Origin: Candidatus Dormiibacterota bacterium
Lineage (GTDB): Bacteria > Chloroflexota > Dormibacteria > Aeolococcales > Aeolococcaceae
Assembly: GCA_963709585.1 (NCBI GenBank)
Contig: CAVPXI010000005.1
Location: 96,001-160,000 of the forward strand
Direction: 5' to 3'
DNA: 64,000 nt
Shown: one piece after another, positions 43,200 to 53,420 of the stretch
How the letters are laid out: every line of letters begins with the position of its first letter
Position numbering within the stretch: position 1 is the first letter of the stretch
Notes under the pieces: model-generated
Told to the model about the DNA's origin: nothing
The model's database searches: none
What the model saw: only the letters and a program-made list of their open reading frames with translations
Program-made: the position numbers and the translations under genes

Positions 43200-44770
43200 C
43201 AACGCTGGCCTACGTGATCTTGGGGATCATCATCGGCGGGCTGCTGGTGTTGGTGCTGCTGTTTCGCGCAGCCTGGCGCGTCGCCGAGCCGGACGAAGCG
43301 CTGATCATCTCGGGCTTCCGCACCAGCGAGCGTCCCGGCGGTGTGGGCGAGAGCATGGGATTCCGCATCGTCACCGGGCGTGGATGCCTGGTCGCTCCCG
43401 GCATCACCAGGGTGCGCCGCCTCTCCCTCGAAGCTCATGAGAGCGAGATCGGGGTTCCGTGCGTGTCGCAGCAGAAGATCCGCGTCGACCTGCGCGGCGT
43501 GATCGTCTACAAGGTCGGCGACGACTACCGGTCGATCGCCAACGCGGCCCGTCGCTTCCTCGACCGGCCCGCGCAGGAGCTCGAGACCAAGGTGCAGAAC
43601 GTGTTCGTCGGCCATCTGCGCGCGATCGCCGGCTCCATGACCGTCGAGGACATGATCAGCGACCAGGACAAGTTCGCCCAGCAGGTGCGCGATCGCTGCT
43701 CGCAGGAGATGGAGTCCTTCGGGCTGGTCATCGACAGCTTCCAGATTCAGTCGATCACGAGTCCCTCGAACTACATCGAGAACCTCGCAGCGCCACACCA
43801 GGCCGAGGTGGAGCAGAACGCTCGGATCGCGCGTGCCAATGCCGAGCGGGCGGCGGTCAGCCAGGAGCAGATCGCCCAGGCGCAGATGGCCGAGTCTCAG
43901 CGCGACACCAACATCAAGAAGGCCGGCTACCAGGCGGAGGTCGACACCGCCACCCAGCTCGCTGGTCAGCAGGGGCCGCTGTCCGAGGCCAAGGCGCACC
44001 AGGCGGTGGTCTCCGAACAGACGCGCGTCGCCGAGTTGCAGGCGGAGCAGAAGGAGCAGCAGCTCCAGGTCGATGTCCGCCGTCCTGCCGACGCCGAGGC
44101 GTACCGCCAGACCACGCTCGCGGCCGCGGGACGCGACGTGCGCATCCGTCAGGCCGAGGCTGAAGCGCAGGAGACCCGCCTCCGCGCCGAGGCTGTCGCC
44201 ACGCAGACCAAGGTCCAGGCGGAGGCGTTGGCCGCCGCGCTCAAGATGCAGGCGACCGCCCAGGCAGAGGCGACCCGGCTCACCGGTCAGGCCGAGGCTG
44301 ACGCTATCAAGGCCAGGGGACTCGCCGAGGCGGACGCCGTCCGCGCCCGCATGGAGGCCGAGGCCGCCGGGATCGAGCGGAGAGCCGCGGCGCTGAGCCA
44401 GAACCAGGAGGCGGTCATCGCCCAGCAGATCGCCGAGAAGCTGCCCGAGATCGTTGCCGCGGCGGCCGCGCCCTTCGAGCACGTCGATCAATTCACCGTG
44501 CTCAACGGCGCTCAGGGCGTGACCGGCGCGCTTGCCGAGATCATCCAGCAGGCGGGAGCGCTCACCGGCCTGGCACGGCAGTCATTGCTCCCCGCGATCA
44601 CGAAGGCCGCGTCTGCAGCGCCGGACACGCAGCACCTCAACGGTGCCGCTAACCGCACCGGGTACGAGAACGGCGACCGCAACGGGCGGCGCAAGCGGCA
44701 GATTCCTGTCACGATCACCGACCCGGCGTCCGCCGGGACGGACGGCAGCGAGGAGCACGTGACCCAGTGA
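43196..44770 (+). CDS. Flotillin/SPFH domain protein
   Basis: N-terminal TM, PDEALIISG, GHLRAIAGSMTVE, GLVIDSFQIQ, long EA/QA-rich coiled coil. Confidence 0.92.
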   Translation: MTTLAYVILGIIIGGLLVLVLLFRAAWRVAEPDEALIISGFRTSERPGGVGESMGFRIVTGRGCLVAPGITRVRRLSLEAHESEIGVPCVSQQKIRVDLRGVIVYKVGDDYRSIANAARRFLDRPAQELETKVQNVFVGHLRAIAGSMTVEDMISDQDKFAQQVRDRCSQEMESFGLVIDSFQIQSITSPSNYIENLAAPHQAEVEQNARIARANAERAAVSQEQIAQAQMAESQRDTNIKKAGYQAEVDTATQLAGQQGPLSEAKAHQAVVSEQTRVAELQAEQKEQQLQVDVRRPADAEAYRQTTLAAAGRDVRIRQAEAEAQETRLRAEAVATQTKVQAEALAAALKMQATAQAEATRLTGQAEADAIKARGLAEADAVRARMEAEAAGIERRAAALSQNQEAVIAQQIAEKLPEIVAAAAAPFEHVDQFTVLNGAQGVTGALAEIIQQAGALTGLARQSLLPAITKAASAAPDTQHLNGAANRTGYENGDRNGRRKRQIPVTITDPASAGTDGSEEHVTQ

Positions 44771-45970
44771 CCGCAGACCTTCCCGAGCTCTCCCTCTCGG
44801 CGCCTGACGCCGCCACGACGGTGGCACCCGCCGAGGCCGAGCGCGAGGTGACCATCGCCCCGGAAGCAGCCAAACGGATCGACGACCTGGTGGCCACGTT
44901 CGTGGGAGGCCTCCGATCGATCGACGTCCACGGCGACGACTACCGCAGACGCGTCGACGATATCGACACCCTCGCCGACCGCGAGATCAGGTCGACCTCC
45001 GATATGAGCAACCGCCTGCTCGACCGTCCGACCCGAGCGATGCGTGGGCTCGGCCAGAACGACGCGCCGATCGCCAAGAGCCTTCTCGATCTGCGTCGAT
45101 CCGTCGAGGAGCTCAACCCGGCAAAGCACGATCTCACCCAGGGTGGTCCCCGGAAGCTCCTCGGCGTCGTCCCGTTCGGGGACCGCGTTCGTGCGTACTT
45201 CGCGAAATACCAGCGGTCGCAGAGCCACATCGAGGGCATCGTCGGCGCGCTGCGCGAAGGTGGCTCGGAGCTCGAGAAGGACAATGCCGCGATCGGCCAG
45301 GAGCAGAAGGCGCTCTGGACGCAGATGGAGACCCTCCGCCAGTACACGTACATGGCCGAGAAGCTCGACACCGGCCTCGAGGCGCAGATCAACCACGTGG
45401 CCATCGGCGATCCGGAGCGTGGCAGGGTTCTCCAGGAGGACATCCTCTACCCCGTCCGTCGACGCCGCCAGGAGATCCTCACCCAGCTCGCTGTCGCCGT
45501 CCAGGGGTACGCGGCGCTCCGTGTCGTCGAGGTCAACAACCGCGAGCTCATTCGGGCGGTTCGAACCGCAACCACCACCACGGTCGCCGCGCTTCGAACC
45601 GCGGTCATGGTCGCGCAGGCCCTCACCAACCAGAAACTGGTCAGCGAGCAGGTCAAGGCAGTGAACGAGACGACCAGCGCGATGATCGAGAGCACCTCCT
45701 CGGTGCTTCGCGAACAGACAGCCACGGTGGAGAACTCAGGCAGCGAGCCCAGGGCTCGACATGGGCTCGCTGCAGCGCGCCTGGGACAACGTCTTCGCGG
45801 CCCTCGATCAGATCGACACCTACAAGTTGCGCGCTCTCGAGGCGATGAAGATCACGGTTCGTGACCTGTCCGACCAGGTCGAGAAGTCACACGCCCAGGT
45901 GGAGCGCCTCCATTCCGCCGACGCGACGGCGCCACGGGTCGCGACCGGGCAGAGCCTCCGCCTCTCCTGA
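44767..45970 (+). CDS. Toxic anion resistance protein (TelA/KlaB family); frameshift near 45732-45737, probably a sequencing error
   Basis: LLDLRRSVEELNP, YFAKYQRSQSHI, QGYAAL, TTTVAALRTAV. The C-terminus LQRAWDNVFAALDQIDTYK is in ORF 45761..45970. Confidence 0.85.
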
Positions 45971-45987
45971 CCCACGCTGGGCGCCGC

Positions 45988-46849
45988 TCAGAAGTGAGCG
46001 GTGTTGCTCCAGATCGCCCCGACAATCGCGGCGATGACGAACACCGCGTATTCGACAACGAGCCCTCGGTGTCGTCGCGGCGTGCCCAGGGCGCCGGCGA
46101 CACCGCGAGCGCCGTACCAGAGGACCAGCAGGATCGCCGCCCGCAACCCCGTGTGAGCATTGTTCGCCCCGACGATGGCGGCGCCTCCGATCACGATGGC
46201 GGCAACCACGAGAGCACAGAGAATCGTCGACGGAATCGAGAGGCGCTCGGTTCGGAGCCCGTCGAGGCTCACCAGGAACACGACGGCGAACACCGCGGCG
46301 AGGCGGAGACGCAGCGGCAGGGTGGGTGACACCCCGCCGAGCAGGACCGGCGCCAGAACGGCAATGCCCGAGGCGTCCCTGACCAGGCGGATGAACCAAC
46401 CCTCCTTGCCCAGCGCGCGCCGGCCCGCCAGCTGTGGGACGCCGCCGATGACGACTGCGGCGATGACGCCGCCTCCGATCCGGATCGGCAGCGGCAGCAC
46501 CGCGATCGCAAGCAGGGTCCCGAAGGAGAGGACCGCCGCCATCGGCAGCGCGATTCCGACCGGCCCAGGCCGCGAGTTCGGACGGATAGATCAGAAAGTC
46601 GTAGGCGACCAGGATCAGGCCGGTGAGGATGGCCAGGCCCGTATCGGCCGCGGCACTCCGATACAGACCGACCGCCTCGGGTCGCAGCAGCACCTCGGCA
46701 GCGGCGATCGCGAGCCCGAAGGCCGTGTGCACCATGGGGAGCGGGATCTCCGCGAGCACCCGAACCTCGCCGGTGATGCCCAGGGCGCTCCTCGCCTGGT
46801 CGGCGAGATAGCCGTGACCGCGACGGCGAAAACCTGTTCGATTATCCAC
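45988..46849 (-). CDS. Uncharacterised polytopic membrane protein; frameshift near 46574-46579
   Basis: Hydrophobic N-terminal part in ORF 45887..46849 and about 6 TM in ORF 45988..46542, joined by removing one base. Confidence 0.65.
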
Positions 46850-46891
46850 GTCGACCTGTGGAAACGGTGGACAACTCGGCAGGATCCGACT

Positions 46892-47293
46892 TCACGGAGC
46901 CGAGGTGCCGGCCCGTCCGTAGCTGTCCTCGAGGCGCACGACGTCGTCGATCTCCGGGGATGACACCTCGAAAAGATCGGTGTCCTCGACCGCGATGAAT
47001 CGATGCCTGCGACCCGGGCGGATGTGCGCGCTCATCCCCGCGGTCACGCGGTGGGTCTCGATCTCGCCGTTGTCGCTCTCGAGTTGGAGGTCCATCACGC
47101 CCGCGACGACGTGAATCGACTCCTCCTTCTGGACGTGGTACTGGAGGCTCAGCCGGTGACCACGCTCGACGTGGATCAGCTTCCCCGCGTACCGCTCGGT
47201 GACCGCCCAGCGCACCTCGTAGCCCCAGGGCTTGTCGACTCGCCCCGACCCCTCGGCGCTGATCGGACCGAGCGCGGCCGCGACCTTGGTCAT
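46892..47293 (-). CDS. Cupin protein (type II mannose-6-phosphate isomerase-like)
   Basis: VDKPWGYE, RLSLQYHVQKEE, DDVVRLEDSYGR. Confidence 0.88.
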   Translation of the reverse strand: MTKVAAALGPISAEGSGRVDKPWGYEVRWAVTERYAGKLIHVERGHRLSLQYHVQKEESIHVVAGVMDLQLESDNGEIETHRVTAGMSAHIRPGRRHRFIAVEDTDLFEVSSPEIDDVVRLEDSYGRAGTSAP

Positions 47294-48747
47294 TCCGATG
47301 CGCCCACGGCGATGCGAGCATTGACCCCACTCTGATTCTCGAGTGCCGAGATCAGCTGCTCGACGCGCTCTTGGGTCGCCGCCTCGGCGTACACGCGCAT
47401 CAACGGCTCGGTGCCGCTCATGCGCATCAGCACCCACGAACCGTCGTCCAGGTAGAACTTGTACCCGTCGTCGGTACGGGTTCGGACCACCTTGCTCCCG
47501 GCGAGGTTGTCGGGCTGGTTCTGTTGCATGCGCGCGTAGATCTGCTCCTTCCGTTCCTCGTAGCCGTCTCGCGGAAAGCGAATGTCGTGGCGGTCGTATG
47601 CGTGCGGGCCGACCAGCTCCTCGAGGTGGGCGAGGATGGCGGAGAGCGGCTGACCGTAGTCCACGATCATCGCCGCCATCATCAGCCCGGACAGGATCCC
47701 GTCGCGCTCGGGGATGTGACCCCGGAACGCGTAGCCACCAGATTCCTCGCCGCCGAGGATTGCGTCCGTCTCCATCATCTTGGTGCCGATGTACTTGAAG
47801 CCGACCGGCATCTCGTGCACGGTCACACCGAACCGCTTGCCCAGCGCGTCCAGCATGCCCGACGTCGTGACCGAGCGAACAATGTCGCCGCGAAGCCCGC
47901 GCTTCTCGAGCAGGTACATCGCGAACAGCGCCATCACCTGGAGTTGATTGATGTAGCAGCCGGTCTCGTCGATGATGCCGACGCGATCTGCGTCACCGTC
48001 ATTGGCGATTCCAAGATCGAAGCCACCCGACCGCATCCGCTCCATCGCCTCCGGCATGTAGCGATCGATGGGCTCGGGATGCATGCCGCCGAACCCCGGA
48101 TTGCGCTCGCCGTGCAACTCCAGGACGGTGGTGGATCCTCCGCCGAGCGCGCGAGCGATGAGGCCCATGCCGGCGCCGTACATGGCTTCGTGGAGCACGC
48201 GCAGGCCGTGTCCGCGCAGCCTGTCGAGATCGACCATCCTGCTCAGCTGCAGGAGGAAATCCGGGAGCGGATCCAGGGTTTTCAACCTGCCGGTGGCAGC
48301 GGCTTCGTCGTAGGGCATCTCGGTGACGCCCGCCTCGAGGGCTTCCGCGGTATGGCGCTCGATCTCGGCAACGATCTCGGGAGGCGCCGAGCCCCCGAAG
48401 TCCGGCTTGTACTTGATCCCGTTGAACTCCGCCGAGTTATGGCTCGCGGTCACGACGATGCCACCCGCAGCGTGCTGCTGGGTGATGGCCCACGACACCG
48501 CCGGCGTCGGGGTCACCCGGTCGAGCAGGATGACCTGCAGCCCGTTCGCGACCAGGACTCGAGCGACCTCGCGGGCGAAGAGCTCCGCGCAATACCGCGA
48601 GTCATGTCCCACGACCACAGGGCGAGATTCGCTGCCAAGGTATGCCGCGACACCCTGAGCAACGGCGCGCACGTTCGCATAGGTGAAGTCATCCGCGACC
48701 ACGGCTCGCCATCCGTCGGTCCCGAACCTGATCGGGCTCGGCTTCAT
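47290..48747 (-). CDS. Phosphoglucomutase/phosphomannomutase
   Basis: IRFGTDGWR, TASHN, DGDADR, GGEESGG, SGTEP. Confidence 0.93.
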   Translation of the reverse strand: MKPSPIRFGTDGWRAVVADDFTYANVRAVAQGVAAYLGSESRPVVVGHDSRYCAELFAREVARVLVANGLQVILLDRVTPTPAVSWAITQQHAAGGIVVTASHNSAEFNGIKYKPDFGGSAPPEIVAEIERHTAEALEAGVTEMPYDEAAATGRLKTLDPLPDFLLQLSRMVDLDRLRGHGLRVLHEAMYGAGMGLIARALGGGSTTVLELHGERNPGFGGMHPEPIDRYMPEAMERMRSGGFDLGIANDGDADRVGIIDETGCYINQLQVMALFAMYLLEKRGLRGDIVRSVTTSGMLDALGKRFGVTVHEMPVGFKYIGTKMMETDAILGGEESGGYAFRGHIPERDGILSGLMMAAMIVDYGQPLSAILAHLEELVGPHAYDRHDIRFPRDGYEERKEQIYARMQQNQPDNLAGSKVVRTRTDDGYKFYLDDGSWVLMRMSGTEPLMRVYAEAATQERVEQLISALENQSGVNARIAVGASE

Positions 48748-48788
48748 CGCCATCATTCTATGCGCACCAGTGCGCCCTTCTCGCAGGG

Positions 48789-49928
48789 CTAAAGGAGTTC
48801 GTCGCGCCCCGAGGCATCGAGCTGATCGACGATCGCTTTGACCAGCTGCGATCGCTCCGATGGGACGACCAGCACGGCGTCGGGCGTGTCGATCACGACG
48901 AGGCCGTCGACACCGGCGACCGCGACGATCCGCCCGGAGCGCGACACGACGGTGCACCGATGCGCCGAGGTCGTGATCACGTCCCCTTCGACGACGTTGC
49001 CGTCGTTGTCGACGTCGCCGTCCGCCGCGCGGGACTGGCCGACGTCGAGCCACGAGCCCAGGTCGGACCAGCCGAACGATGCCTGGACGACGGTGAGCCG
49101 GTGCGTCCGCTCGAGGACGAGGGGCTCGACCGGTCGCAGTGGCAGTGCCGCGTAGACGCGCGTGGCCAGGTCGTCGTCGCCGACCAGGCGCGCGTCGACG
49201 ACCCTGTCGATGGTTGCCGCGAGCTCTGGGTCCGCGGCCTCAAGCTCAGCCCGGAAGCGGCGCGCCGTCCACGAGAAGAGCCCGAGATTCCAGAGGTGCC
49301 GCCCATCGGCGACGTAGCGCTGCGCAACCTCCGCCGAGGGCTTCTCCTTGAATCCCGCGGACTCGAACGCCAGGAGCGCGCCCGCCGCCGCAGCGATCTC
49401 CGCCAGGGTTCCCACCGGGGGGCGCCAGGCCCCCGGGTCTTTCGCGGAGGCTACCTCGATGTATCCGAATCCGGTGACCGGGGCCGCCGGGACGAGCCCG
49501 ACCGTGGCCAGACCGTCAGTCGCGGCTGCCCACCCGGCGGATGCAATCACCGCGGCACGGTAGGCGTCGCGATCGCTGACGCGATGATCGGCGTGGACAC
49601 TCGCTATCAGCGCGCCCGGATCCTCGCGCTCGATCAGCCCGACGGCGAGGGCAAGCGCCGGGCCCGTCCCACGAGCTTCCGGCTCCTCGATGATCATGTC
49701 GTCGGCAAGGCCGAGCCCGACCAGGGCGGTTCGGCACCCCTCCGCCTGGTTGGCCGCGGTGACCACGCGAACGCTCTCGCCGAGACCGATGACCCGCTCC
49801 ACGGTCGATCGGAGCAAGGTCTCGCCGCCCGGGGCGAGGGGCAGCAGGTGTTTCGGGGTCGACCTGCGACTCAGCGGCCACAGGCGAGTCCCACTGCCAC
49901 CTGCCAGCACGAGGATGTGCAAGCCCAC
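48789..49928 (-). CDS. Mannose-1-phosphate guanylyltransferase
   Basis: LAGGSGTRLWPLSR..PK, ADH, GFGYI, FKEKP, WSDLGSW. Confidence 0.9.
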   Translation of the reverse strand: MGLHILVLAGGSGTRLWPLSRRSTPKHLLPLAPGGETLLRSTVERVIGLGESVRVVTAANQAEGCRTALVGLGLADDMIIEEPEARGTGPALALAVGLIEREDPGALIASVHADHRVSDRDAYRAAVIASAGWAAATDGLATVGLVPAAPVTGFGYIEVASAKDPGAWRPPVGTLAEIAAAAGALLAFESAGFKEKPSAEVAQRYVADGRHLWNLGLFSWTARRFRAELEAADPELAATIDRVVDARLVGDDDLATRVYAALPLRPVEPLVLERTHRLTVVQASFGWSDLGSWLDVGQSRAADGDVDNDGNVVEGDVITTSAHRCTVVSRSGRIVAVAGVDGLVVIDTPDAVLVVPSERSQLVKAIVDQLDASGRDELL

Positions 49929-49954
49929 GCGCTGCTGCCTCGCCTCCGCCGAAA

Positions 49955-51139
49955 CTAGGCGGTGGCGGCCGCAACGAGGAGTGGCTCGGTGCCGGCATCC
50001 TCCGCCCATTGCTCGGCGAGGGTGGTGCGCTCCCATGGAAGGTCGAGATCGCTCCGGCCGAAGTGGCCGTAGGCGGCGACCTGGCGGTAGATGGGACGGC
50101 GCAGTTCGAGGGCGCTCATGATCCCGAAGGGCGAAAGATCGATGTACTCATCAATGAGTGACGCGATCATGTCGGTCGGGACCTTCTCCGTCCCGAAGGT
50201 CTCGACGAGTACCGAGACAGGCTTGGCAACGCCGATCGCGTAGGCGACCTGGATCTCGCATTTGGTCGCGAGCCCGGCCGCGACGGCGTTCTTGGCCGCC
50301 CACCGCGCCCCGTAGGCTGCGCTGCGATCGACCTTCGAGGGATCCTTCCCGCTGAACGCCCCTCCGCCGTGGCGTGCGTATCCGCCATAGGTGTCGACGA
50401 TGATCTTGCGACCGGTGAGCCCCGCGTCCGCCTGGGGGCCGCCGATAACGAAGCGTCCGGTCGGGTTCACGTAGCGCTTGGTGTTGGTATCGAGCCACTC
50501 AGCGGGGATGACCTTTCCGACCACGTGGTGCTGGACGTCCTCGAAGATCTGCTCCTGGGTCACCTCCTCGCCGTGCTGCACGCTCACCAGGACCGTGTCG
50601 ACCCGCCGCGGGCGGCCGTCGCCGTCGTATTCGATGGTCACCTGGGTCTTGCCGTCGGGCCGAGCCCAGCGCAGCGTCCCGTCGCGACGCAGGACCGCAA
50701 GCTGCCTGGCGAGCTGGTGGGCCATCTGAATCGGCGCCGGCATCAGCTCCGGGGTCTCGTCACACGCGAAGCCGAACATCATCCCCTGGTCGCCGGCGCC
50801 ACCATGGTTGACACCCTGTGAGATGTCGGGCGATTGCTCGTCGATGCCGACCAGCACTCCGCACGTCTCCCAGTCGATGCCGTATTTCGCGCGGGTATAG
50901 CCGATCTCCTTGATCGTCTGGCGAACCAGACCGGCGATATCGACGTAGGCCTCGGTGGTGATCTCGCCGAATACCAGGACGGTCCCGGTGCTCAGCGCGG
51001 TCTCGCACGCAACCCGGCCGAGCGGGTCCTTGCTGAGCACCGCGTCCAGAACCGCGTCACTGATCTGGTCTGCGACCTTGTCGGGATGTCCCTCGGTGAC
51101 CGACTCGGAGGTGAAAAGGCGATGGCGCACTGCGGGCAT
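49955..51139 (-). CDS. metK: S-adenosylmethionine synthetase
   Basis: [28 protein letters not shown]. Confidence 0.97.
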   Translation of the reverse strand: MPAVRHRLFTSESVTEGHPDKVADQISDAVLDAVLSKDPLGRVACETALSTGTVLVFGEITTEAYVDIAGLVRQTIKEIGYTRAKYGIDWETCGVLVGIDEQSPDISQGVNHGGAGDQGMMFGFACDETPELMPAPIQMAHQLARQLAVLRRDGTLRWARPDGKTQVTIEYDGDGRPRRVDTVLVSVQHGEEVTQEQIFEDVQHHVVGKVIPAEWLDTNTKRYVNPTGRFVIGGPQADAGLTGRKIIVDTYGGYARHGGGAFSGKDPSKVDRSAAYGARWAAKNAVAAGLATKCEIQVAYAIGVAKPVSVLVETFGTEKVPTDMIASLIDEYIDLSPFGIMSALELRRPIYRQVAAYGHFGRSDLDLPWERTTLAEQWAEDAGTEPLLVAAATA

Positions 51140-51359
51140 TGGAGCTTGCCTCCCTCCCCACCGGCAGCCACCGAGCCGCCCTGTGCGACTCCGGCCTGCT
51201 CCTGTCCAGGGATCGCACGATCGTAACAGCGCGATGGAAAGCCTGGGCTGTCACGGATTTGTCCGTTTGCGGGGACCCTCTCGACCGTGTACTGTTACCC
51301 GGTAACTATCACCAACCCGGGCGCCGTATCACAACGCGCCGGACGGAGGAACAAGGCGC

Positions 51360-51695
51360 GTGTCGGTAGACCAGACTTTACGTTGCCGCGATTGCGGCGT
51401 CGATTTCATTTGGACTGAGGGCGAGCAGGACTTTTTTGCCTCTCGTGGCCTCACAAACCCCCCTTCTCGCTGCCCCAGCTGCAGAGCGGCACGTCGCCAG
51501 AGCGGCGGTGGTGGTGGCGGCGGCGGCTTTGGCGGTAGTGGTGGTGGCGGCGGTGGTGGATACCGCAGCAACGGCCCTCGCCAGATGTACGAGGTCCCCT
51601 GTGCTGGGTGTGGCGGCGTGGCGCGCGTCCCCTTCCAGCCTCGCGGCGACAAGCCCGTTTACTGCAGCGACTGCTTCCGCGCCGCGCCTCGGTGA
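51360..51695 (+). CDS. Double zinc-ribbon protein (CxxC-x17-CxxC type) with Gly-rich linker
   Basis: CRDC...CPSC, poly-Gly linker, CAGC...VPFQPRGDKPVYCSDC; GGAGG RBS. Confidence 0.88.
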   Translation: MSVDQTLRCRDCGVDFIWTEGEQDFFASRGLTNPPSRCPSCRAARRQSGGGGGGGGFGGSGGGGGGGYRSNGPRQMYEVPCAGCGGVARVPFQPRGDKPVYCSDCFRAAPR

Positions 51696-51964
51696 GTGAC
51701 AGCGGCCCCATCGCGGTGGGGACGAGGGTCAGTTTCCCCTACGGCGGCAGCCGGCGCACGGGCACGGTGCATGAGGTGTCGATGATCCCCGACCAGTCGG
51801 GGGGGAGTTCGCTCGCCTACATCATCGACGTCGGCTCAAAGAAGGTGTTCGTCCAGGGCGGAGAAGGCATCACCCCGGCCTCCGGGCCGGGGGTGGCCTT
51901 CGACCCCGTCGCCGAGGGCGTCGCCTACGGGCGTAAGCGTCCTCGGAATCCGCGCAACCGATAG
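51692..51964 (+). CDS. Small hypothetical protein (SH3-like beta barrel, basic tail)
   Basis: GTG overlaps the upstream stop; IAVGTRVSFPYGGSRRTGTVHEV. Confidence 0.6.
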   Translation: MSDSGPIAVGTRVSFPYGGSRRTGTVHEVSMIPDQSGGSSLAYIIDVGSKKVFVQGGEGITPASGPGVAFDPVAEGVAYGRKRPRNPRNR

Positions 51965-52038
51965 TCACGATCGGGGGGCGATGTCCCGTGGCTCGGGCGT
52001 GACCGCGTGAGCACGGGATGCTGGCTATTCTGTGAGTG

Positions 52039-52755
52039 ATGGCTTCTGATCTCACCGCGGATACGGCGCATCCGTCGCTCAAGCACGCGCGCAAGCGGAT
52101 CCGTCTCTGGATGGTGCTGCTCGCGGTTGGCGTCGCATCCATCCTCGCGGGTGGCGCGTTGATCGCCGGCCCGATCATCGGCGTCCTGCAGCGCGGAGCC
52201 GCTGACTTGACGGCGCTCAAGCACTGGAAGGTCAGCCCCGCGCATCCCGCCGCCCCCGCCCCCGCACCGGTGGCCTCAGCGTCGCCCGCGTGCGGGACGA
52301 GCTCGCCGACGGACTTCGCGCTCGTGAGCTTCGAGGCCCCCGCTCAATACCACTACGCTGCGGTCGCCGGCAACGGCACCTGGGCGCTCCTGGATTCGCG
52401 GTCAATGGTTCATTACTCGGGAACGCCCAGTCCCGGTCAGCAGGGGAACGTGATCGTCGCCTTCCATCGGGAACCGGACTTCCAGCACATCGACGAGCTC
52501 AAGGTCGGCGACACCATCTCGATACAGAATCGCACCTGTCAGACCTTCGTCTACAGGGTCACCAACCGCTGGGATCTCGCCCCCAGCCGCGTGACGCAGC
52601 TCAGCCCCACCTCCGGACACGAGCTCACCCTGATCACGTGCGATCCCTGGTGGCAGGACTACAACCGCTTGGTCTGGCGCGCCGAGTTGATCTCCGCGCC
52701 GGCGCCGAGCTCACCGGGATCGACGGGCGGATCGGTGGCCAACCCCGCCTTCTGA
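52039..52755 (+). CDS. Sortase (class D/E-like)
   Basis: N-terminal TM; His (VAFHR), Cys (LTLITCDP) and Arg (NRLVWRA) triad. Confidence 0.88.
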   Translation: MASDLTADTAHPSLKHARKRIRLWMVLLAVGVASILAGGALIAGPIIGVLQRGAADLTALKHWKVSPAHPAAPAPAPVASASPACGTSSPTDFALVSFEAPAQYHYAAVAGNGTWALLDSRSMVHYSGTPSPGQQGNVIVAFHREPDFQHIDELKVGDTISIQNRTCQTFVYRVTNRWDLAPSRVTQLSPTSGHELTLITCDPWWQDYNRLVWRAELISAPAPSSPGSTGGSVANPAF

Positions 52756-52770
52756 GGCAGCCGGGAGTCG

Positions 52771-53415
52771 CTACTTCGTGAAACCCTCGAGGGGACCGGG
52801 TAGAGCAGCTTCGGCGACCGCCTCGAGGCGCTTGATGTTCATGCGCACGAAGACCGCGCCGGCCACGATCACCACGACGGCGAGAGCTCCGAGCCCGAGC
52901 GCGACCGGCGTGCTCAGCGTCGCGATCACCCCACTTGCCAGATACGCGCCCACGCCGTAAAGCGTCGCCCACACGATTCCGCCCAGGGCATTGGCGACGA
53001 GAAAACGCGTCCAGTGCATCCGGTTGGTGCCGGCGAGAAAGGCTGCATACGTGCGCAGCACGGAGACGAACCGTCCGAAGAAGACAACCTTGGCGCCGTG
53101 GCGCATGAAGATGTACCGCCCCACCTTCAGCTTGGCCTCGTCGAGTCGGATGTACCTGCCGAAGCGGCGCAGGAGCGGATAGCCGCCATACCAGCCGATG
53201 CCGAAGCCGATGTTGTCTCCGACCACGGCGCCGATGATCGCCGCCGCGATGATCCCGACGATCGACAACTGATGCGTCGTGGCAGCGAACACCGCGGCGG
53301 TGATCAGCATCGTCTCCCCCGGGAGCGGGACCCCCAGGCTCTCGACACCCACGAAAAGCGCTACGGCGAAGTAGCCAATGCTCTGCAGCCAGCCGTAGAG
53401 ACCCTGTGCCGCCAT
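52771..53415 (-). CDS. DedA family membrane protein
   Basis: ESLGVPLPGE, GDNIGF, FFGRFVSVLR, AGTNRM. Confidence 0.92.
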   Translation of the reverse strand: MAAQGLYGWLQSIGYFAVALFVGVESLGVPLPGETMLITAAVFAATTHQLSIVGIIAAAIIGAVVGDNIGFGIGWYGGYPLLRRFGRYIRLDEAKLKVGRYIFMRHGAKVVFFGRFVSVLRTYAAFLAGTNRMHWTRFLVANALGGIVWATLYGVGAYLASGVIATLSTPVALGLGALAVVVIVAGAVFVRMNIKRLEAVAEAALPGPLEGFTK

Positions 53416-53420
53416 CCTGC

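Noticed and set aside
51140-51230. SAM riboswitch upstream of metK
   Set aside because: There is a GTGCGA/TCGCAC inverted repeat (51183-51218), but I see no SAM-I, -II or -IV core motifs, and the likely -10 (51220-51225) would leave one arm untranscribed. An Rfam scan would be decisive.
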